DNA of 64,000 nt from an uncultured bacterium. Lineage in GTDB: Bacteria > Patescibacteriota > Patescibacteriia > CAIQCM01. The position numbers and the translations under genes are program-made. The stretch lies in the NCBI GenBank assembly GCA_963708045.1, contig OY970181.1:195740-259739 (forward strand), read 5' to 3'. Below the pieces are notes generated by a model. The model made no database searches. It was given only the letters and a program-made list of their open reading frames with translations, and was not told the origin of the DNA. Positions 58,462 through 64,000 of this stretch are shown here, piece by piece (the first letter of the stretch is position 1; every line of letters begins with the position of its first letter).

Positions 58462-59826
58462 TTATTTAATATAAGGCAACGGATTAGTAACCTTACCATT
58501 CAAGCGCACTTCAAAATGCAAATGCGAGCCCGTGGAAAAACCGGTACTACCCATAAGCATGATTGGGTCGCCGCGGTGCACCTGATCGCCGGACGAAACG
58601 AGCAAACGCGAGGCGTGGCCATAGCGCGTAATAATTCCGTTGCCGTGGTCAATGTCTACATAATATCCGTAGCCTTTTTTGCATGACACGCCACAACCAG
58701 AGTGTGTCACAATGCCGTCATCAGCCGCATAAATTGTGTCGCCGGTGTCGCCATCCAAATCCAAACCCGTGTGGCGACCCAGGCTTTTTCTTCCAAGTTC
58801 CCAAACGCCATAATATTGTGAAATACGATGCGACGCAGCCGGCCAAAGCAAATCGGTTTTGCCGGCGTCCACAGCCGCGGGCGGGGTGGTCAAAATTTTT
58901 ACCGGCGAAGCAATGGCTTTTGGTTTTGGCGCAACCGGCGCCGCAATCTGTCCGCCCGGAATAAATAACGCTTGACCCTTGGCGATCTTTTCATCGGACA
59001 AATTATTCCAAGAAATTATTTCGTCTACCGAGGCGTTAAATGTTGTGGCGATTTTGTTTACCGTGTCGCCGCTTTTTACGGTGTAGCTCACACCCGAGGA
59101 AGGTAGAATGGACAGTTCTTGCCCAGGTTTAATATAATCGCGAACAGTTAATTTATTTTCCCAAAGAATTGTCGCAATGGAGATACCAAACTTATCAGCG
59201 ATCCCCGAGAGTGTATCGCCGTTCGCAACAATATATTTCTCAACCTGCGTTCGGTGTGGCGTGCCCGGCGGAAGAACTGTACCCGGCATTAGCGCGCCAA
59301 GTTCAATTAACGCGGCCGAGCCTTCGGTTTCAGGACTTTCGCCAAAATTATTTTGCGCGTCAGCTGCTTGGTCGCCTAGCGTATTGTCGGCGATGTCCTG
59401 CTCGTCATTTAATTTTGGTGCACCCGACTCCACAACTAATTCTTCTTCGCCAGAAAGATAGCGATACAAAACCGATTGTTCGCCGGTATAAACAATATTT
59501 TTTGTTCGCGCATAAATATTACCACCCGAAACAAGCAATACGAGCGACCCCAAAACAATGTGCAAAAAACGCCGATGTGAAACAGCAAAAGTAATCTGTC
59601 GCTCGGTTGGCTCTAAAGCCTTAGAAAAACGCTTAATGATTTTATAAATTGAAATTAAAAACGGTAAAATGATTTTTTTCGCAATTATAGCCAAAATCCT
59701 ATAAAGCGTGCGCCCGACCCAAATAATCAGCTTTTTTAGCATCATTACAAGCCGGATCAAACCAACCAGAATCTTTATGAGAATTTTTTTAAGTTTGTGA
59801 GACAGATTTTGGCTAAATTTAAACAA
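58462..59826 (-). CDS. LysM-domain M23 metallopeptidase
   Basis: N-terminal TM. Two LysM motifs (GDTLSGIADKFGISIATILWENKL and GDTVNKIATTFNASVDEIISWNNL). C-terminal M23 (HTGLDLD...GSTGFSTGSHLHFEV). Confidence 0.8.
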   Translation of the reverse strand: MFKFSQNLSHKLKKILIKILVGLIRLVMMLKKLIIWVGRTLYRILAIIAKKIILPFLISIYKIIKRFSKALEPTERQITFAVSHRRFLHIVLGSLVLLVSGGNIYARTKNIVYTGEQSVLYRYLSGEEELVVESGAPKLNDEQDIADNTLGDQAADAQNNFGESPETEGSAALIELGALMPGTVLPPGTPHRTQVEKYIVANGDTLSGIADKFGISIATILWENKLTVRDYIKPGQELSILPSSGVSYTVKSGDTVNKIATTFNASVDEIISWNNLSDEKIAKGQALFIPGGQIAAPVAPKPKAIASPVKILTTPPAAVDAGKTDLLWPAASHRISQYYGVWELGRKSLGRHTGLDLDGDTGDTIYAADDGIVTHSGCGVSCKKGYGYYVDIDHGNGIITRYGHASRLLVSSGDQVHRGDPIMLMGSTGFSTGSHLHFEVRLNGKVTNPLPYIK

Positions 59827-59985
59827 TTATATACGAAAGAACGCGTCCACTCTTGATCTTCAATGTACTACTAATACGACTTCGTTTCAACCTGGCGATC
59901 CTTTTACCGATTGACCAAAAAGTCTTTTTAGCCTAAATTATGAGTATAAAAAGACCCAGCGTCTTTATTTAATTTAATAAAAATT

Positions 59986-61980
59986 ATGAATTCAACACTC
60001 ATTTTCGCACTCGTGACCGGAGTCATCGCTGTTATCTACGGCGCGGTTCTTATTAAACTGATAATGAAAATTGCCGTCCCCGAAGGAAAGGGACGGGGAA
60101 TTGCTTTGGCAATTGAAGAAGGCGCCAAAGCCTATCTCGGTCGCCAGTCTAAAATGATCGGCATCATCGGCGCGGTCGTTTTCTTAATCTTGCTTTTTGC
60201 TTTGGGTTGGAAAGTCGCTGTCGGTTTCGCAATCGGCGCGATTCTTTCCGGACTCGCCGGTTACATTGGAATGCTTGTTTCCACCAAAGCCAATATCCGC
60301 ACGGCCGAGTCGGCCAGAATTGGTTTGGCGAAAGCGCTTGAAACCGCGGTTCGCGGCGGCACGGTTACCGGGATGCTCGTTGTTGGTTTTGGTATTATCG
60401 GTGTTGCCGGTTACTACATGATCACGCGCGATCTTTCGTCGCTTGTTGGTTTGGCTTTTGGCGGATCGCTTATTTCTGTTTTCGCTCGTCTTGGTGGCGG
60501 CATCTTTACCAAAGCCGCCGACGTTGGTGCCGACCTTGTTGGAAAAGTTGAAAAAGGAATCCCCGAAGACGACCCACGAAATCCGGCCGTGATTGCGGAT
60601 AACGTTGGCGATATGGTGGGCGACGACGCTGGAATGGCCGCTGATCTTTTTGAAACTTATGCCGTCACAACCATTGCCGCGATGTTGCTTGCTAACCTCG
60701 CTTTTAACGGCAACGAGCGCGCCATTGTTTTCCCATTACTACTTGGCGGCGTTTCTATTATCGCTTCTATCATCGGTTCGTTCGCGATTCGCCTTGGCGC
60801 AAGCAAAAATATTATGGGCGCGCTTTACAAAGGACTGGTGGCCGCGGGCGTTCTTGCTTTCCTTGCTTTCTGGGTAATCATTCCACGCTTCCTTTCGGGC
60901 GTCGTAGACAAACCGCTTAATATTTTCTGGTCAGCGGCAATCGGTCTTGCGGTGACTGGCATTATTGTCGTCATCACCGATTACTACACTTCAACAAAAT
61001 ATTCTCCGGTAAAAGAAATTGCCAAGTCGTCAACCACTGGTCACGGCACCAACATCATTCAGGGTTTGGCCGTTTCTATGAAATCAACCGCCGCGCCGGT
61101 TGTCGTCATTGTCGCCGCGATTCTTGGCTCGTATTTCTTAGCCGGACTTTTCGGCATCGCGATTGCCGCTGTTGCCATGCTTTCTATGACTGGCATTATT
61201 GTCGCCATTGACGCCTATGGCCCAATCACCGACAACGCCGGCGGCATTGCCGAAATGTCGGGAATGCCCGAAGAGGTTCGCGCCATTACCGATCCTTTGG
61301 ACGCCGTTGGCAACACAACCAAAGCTGTTACCAAGGGCTATGCCATTGGCTCGGCCGCGCTTGCTTCGCTCGTTCTCTTTGCTTCATACACGCAAGAATT
61401 TGTTGCCAAGGGAATCAAAGTTGATTTCTCGCTAACCGATCCAATGCTTATGGCCGGACTTTTTCTCGGCGGCTTGCTCCCTTATCTTTTTGGCGCGCGC
61501 GCCATGGAGGCTGTCGGCAAAACTGCCGGCCGCGTTGTTGAAGAAGTTCGCCGCCAATTTAAAGAGATCCCGGGCATTATGGAAGGAACGGCCAAGCCCG
61601 ATTACGCTCGTTGCGTTGACGTTGTGACCAAAGGCGCGATTGAACAAATGATTGTCCCGGCGCTAATTCCGGTTGTCGCACCGATTGTCGTTGGTTTGGT
61701 TCTTGGTCGCGTCGCCCTTGGCGGATTACTCATTGGTTCAATTGTTACCGGCGTTTTCGTTGCCATCTCAATGACAACCGGCGGCGCCGCTTGGGACAAT
61801 GCCAAGAAATATATTGAAGCGGGAAACTACGGCGGCAAGGGTTCGTTTGCCCACCAAGCCGCAGTCACGGGCGACACCGTTGGCGATCCTTACAAAGACA
61901 CCGCTGGCCCGGCGATCAACCCGATGATCAAAATTTTGAACATCGTCGCCCTTCTCTTGGTCACCCTACTCGTCAGATAA
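59986..61980 (+). CDS. hppA: membrane-bound H+-translocating pyrophosphatase
   Basis: 664 aa, polytopic. [19 protein letters not shown] and DNVGDMVGD motifs. Confidence 0.9.
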   Translation: MNSTLIFALVTGVIAVIYGAVLIKLIMKIAVPEGKGRGIALAIEEGAKAYLGRQSKMIGIIGAVVFLILLFALGWKVAVGFAIGAILSGLAGYIGMLVSTKANIRTAESARIGLAKALETAVRGGTVTGMLVVGFGIIGVAGYYMITRDLSSLVGLAFGGSLISVFARLGGGIFTKAADVGADLVGKVEKGIPEDDPRNPAVIADNVGDMVGDDAGMAADLFETYAVTTIAAMLLANLAFNGNERAIVFPLLLGGVSIIASIIGSFAIRLGASKNIMGALYKGLVAAGVLAFLAFWVIIPRFLSGVVDKPLNIFWSAAIGLAVTGIIVVITDYYTSTKYSPVKEIAKSSTTGHGTNIIQGLAVSMKSTAAPVVVIVAAILGSYFLAGLFGIAIAAVAMLSMTGIIVAIDAYGPITDNAGGIAEMSGMPEEVRAITDPLDAVGNTTKAVTKGYAIGSAALASLVLFASYTQEFVAKGIKVDFSLTDPMLMAGLFLGGLLPYLFGARAMEAVGKTAGRVVEEVRRQFKEIPGIMEGTAKPDYARCVDVVTKGAIEQMIVPALIPVVAPIVVGLVLGRVALGGLLIGSIVTGVFVAISMTTGGAAWDNAKKYIEAGNYGGKGSFAHQAAVTGDTVGDPYKDTAGPAINPMIKILNIVALLLVTLLVR

Positions 61981-61984
61981 ACTA

Positions 61985-62030
61985 ATATTTGATATTTAAA
62001 AAGACTCCGCGCGGAGTCTTTTTAAATATC
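61985..62030 (+). terminator. rho-independent terminator
   Basis: aaaaagactccgcgcggagtcttttt. Confidence 0.7.
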
Positions 62031-62094
62031 AAAAAAACGGCCAGGCGAACCCAACCGTTTTATTGTGACAGTATTTGCCACTAGAGAAATCTAA

Positions 62095-62592
62095 CTATTT
62101 TTCCATCGCGGCGACACCTCTTAGCATCTTTGCTAAAAGACCCGCCAGGTCTGTTACGGTGTGTTCGTTGTGGCCGCGATGGTCGCTTCCTTGACTTTTT
62201 TCACACCCACCCATTTCAATATCTAAAAAAGTGTGCACGGCCAGAACAAACCACGGCGGCGCTTCGCTGTTACAGTGTGAAACAATCTTCCAGCCTCCCT
62301 GGCTTTTGTCACAAAGAATCTTGTTGTCATTGGACAAATCAATCCTTATGAGAACTATGGCACTGCACGAAACGGTTGCCTTAGAACCGACAAAAATTTT
62401 ACCATTGCCACAGTCAACCGACTTAAGCTCGGCCATTGAAAAAGAACCCGTTTGATAAACTATCGGCTGAGAAAGACCGATACCGGCACTTGTCAAAACT
62501 TTAACAATTGGCAAGAGGTCAGGTACCGCCGCCATTAGTTCTTCGAGCGAATTGAATGTACTCATCGTTCCCTCCTGGCCAAACCCTACCAA
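62095..62592 (-). CDS. hypothetical protein
   Basis: 165-aa ORF (probably starts at MSTFNS). Cys/His-containing with no confident family. Confidence 0.35.
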   Translation of the reverse strand: MVGFGQEGTMSTFNSLEELMAAVPDLLPIVKVLTSAGIGLSQPIVYQTGSFSMAELKSVDCGNGKIFVGSKATVSCSAIVLIRIDLSNDNKILCDKSQGGWKIVSHCNSEAPPWFVLAVHTFLDIEMGGCEKSQGSDHRGHNEHTVTDLAGLLAKMLRGVAAMEK

Positions 62593-62707
62593 AACTCCGT
62601 TCTTGACGCAAATTGAAAAAATGGGTAATATCCATTGACTTATTCAAGCTGTTTTTTGCGGCAAAAAAATTATTCTGTCGCAAAAAATAAACACCTAAAT
62701 TATAAAT

Positions 62708-63988
62708 ATGAACGTCTCCACAAAAAATTTACCAAAGTCCGAAATAGAAATCACGATTGAACTTTCCGCCGAGGAAATGAAACCGTATTTGGAAAAGGCC
62801 GCCGTGCGCCTGAGTACCGATCACGCGATTGAAGGCTTCCGCCCGGGTAAAGCGCCAGCGGACGTGATTGCAAAAAAATTTGGCGACAATGTTTTAATGG
62901 AAGCGGCGGCTGAAGAAGCCGTGCGCGCGACTTATGTTAAAACCGTTGTTGACCAAAAACTTAACACCGTCGGTACGCCAGCGGTGGCCGTAAAAAAGCT
63001 GGCCAAAGACAATCCTTTTATTTTCACCGCCACCGTGCCATTGCTTCCCGAGGTTAAATTGCCGGACATTGCTTCGCTTTCCGTCGCGAAAAAAGAAGTT
63101 AAAGTTGCCGACGCCGACCTTAATCGCGCCAAAGCCGACCTCCGTGAAATGCGTGCTAAAGAAACGGTGGTTGTGCGCGAAGCAAAAAAATCCGACAAGG
63201 TTGTTGTGGATATGGATATGAAACTGGACGGCGTGCCGCTGGAAGGCGGCCAAGCAAAAAACCATTCGGTTTACACTGCCGAGGAACATTACATTCCTGG
63301 TTTTTCCGACGAACTCATCGGCCTTAAAAAGGGCGACACAAAAAATTTCACTTTAACTTTTCCAAAAGAACACTTTCAAAAACACATTGCCGGCAAGCCA
63401 GTTGAATTTTCGGTTAAGGTGAACGACGTTTTTGAACGCCAGCTTCCGGAATGGGGGGACGAGCTCGCGCTTGGCTTTGGACAAAAAACTGTTGCTGATT
63501 TGGATAAAATTTTGAACGATAATTTGCTCCACGAAGCACAGAGCAAAGAAAACCAGCGCCAAGAAATCGCCGCCATTCTTGAAATCGTACAGAAAACAAA
63601 ATTTGGCGATATTCCTGAACTGCTTGTTAACGAAGAAATCGGGAAAATGGTTCACGAACTTCAGCACGGTTTGGAAGAACGGGGAATGAATTGGAAAGAA
63701 TATTTGGAAAAAGCCGGCAAGAGCGAAAATCAAATCAAGTTAGACTTTGCCGTGCAAGCGCTTGAGCGAATCAAGTCGGCGCTTGTCGTTCGCGCCATTG
63801 CCGAAGCCAATAATATTGATGCCTCGCCCGAAGAAGTTGCCGCCGAGGTTGAGCGCGAAATGAATTTAAACGTTGACGACGCTAAGGCACAAGAACAGAT
63901 TCGCTCGCTTGAATACGCTGAGCGTGTGCAGTTTGTTTTAAAGAACCGCAAGGTTATCGCCTTTATTAAGGAAAAGATGGTAAAGTAG
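62708..63988 (+). CDS. tig: trigger factor
   Basis: N-terminal ...IEGFRPGKAPADVI... ribosome-binding domain. Central PPIase-like region (IPGFSDELIGLKKGDTKNFTLTFPKE). 426 aa. Confidence 0.85.
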   Translation: MNVSTKNLPKSEIEITIELSAEEMKPYLEKAAVRLSTDHAIEGFRPGKAPADVIAKKFGDNVLMEAAAEEAVRATYVKTVVDQKLNTVGTPAVAVKKLAKDNPFIFTATVPLLPEVKLPDIASLSVAKKEVKVADADLNRAKADLREMRAKETVVVREAKKSDKVVVDMDMKLDGVPLEGGQAKNHSVYTAEEHYIPGFSDELIGLKKGDTKNFTLTFPKEHFQKHIAGKPVEFSVKVNDVFERQLPEWGDELALGFGQKTVADLDKILNDNLLHEAQSKENQRQEIAAILEIVQKTKFGDIPELLVNEEIGKMVHELQHGLEERGMNWKEYLEKAGKSENQIKLDFAVQALERIKSALVVRAIAEANNIDASPEEVAAEVEREMNLNVDDAKAQEQIRSLEYAERVQFVLKNRKVIAFIKEKMVK

Positions 63989-64000
63989 CTATATAAAACA

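Overview
This 64-kb chromosomal segment reads like a small-genome, host-associated bacterium of the Patescibacteria/CPR type. That is an inference from gene content: a cohesin-dockerin pair, a 3289-aa surface protein, tandem type IV pilins, a four-helix-bundle '23S IVS' protein, homing-endonuclease genes at tRNA genes, and almost no metabolic genes.

Core genes (moderate to high confidence): rpsF-ssb-rpsR, ychF, rpsT and a divergent holA, polA, a class A PBP, rpsO-pnp, a DksA/TraR-family zinc-finger protein with lspA, a ComM/YifB ATPase, an H+-pyrophosphatase, trigger factor and rmuC. Three tRNAs are present: Ala-GGC, Arg-CCT and Cys-GCA. Each sits immediately after a homing-endonuclease-like ORF (GIY-YIG, HTH+LAGLIDADG-like, double LAGLIDADG).

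The most unusual locus is at 9170-10724. A GIY-YIG gene begins exactly at the T-arm junction of a tRNA-like 5' fragment and ends inside an intact tRNA-Ala. It is followed by twelve head-to-tail 94-bp copies of a tRNA 3' portion, each with its own intrinsic terminator. The last copy carries an encoded CCA and a different terminator.

Other accessory content:
- Two near-identical copies of a ~1.13-kb DDE-transposase IS, each with its own 3-bp target duplication next to a GTCAACT motif.
- A MITE-like palindromic element in 4 copies.
- A 36-bp palindromic repeat inserted in frame in polA.
- Several families of short pseudo-palindromic intergenic repeats. One pair flanks the four-helix-bundle gene as inverted repeats.
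- A candidate ~320-nt ncRNA with a strong promoter and terminator.
- A set of co-oriented, GC-richer orphan genes around the IS copies.
- A secreted RCC1-repeat protein of foreign composition.
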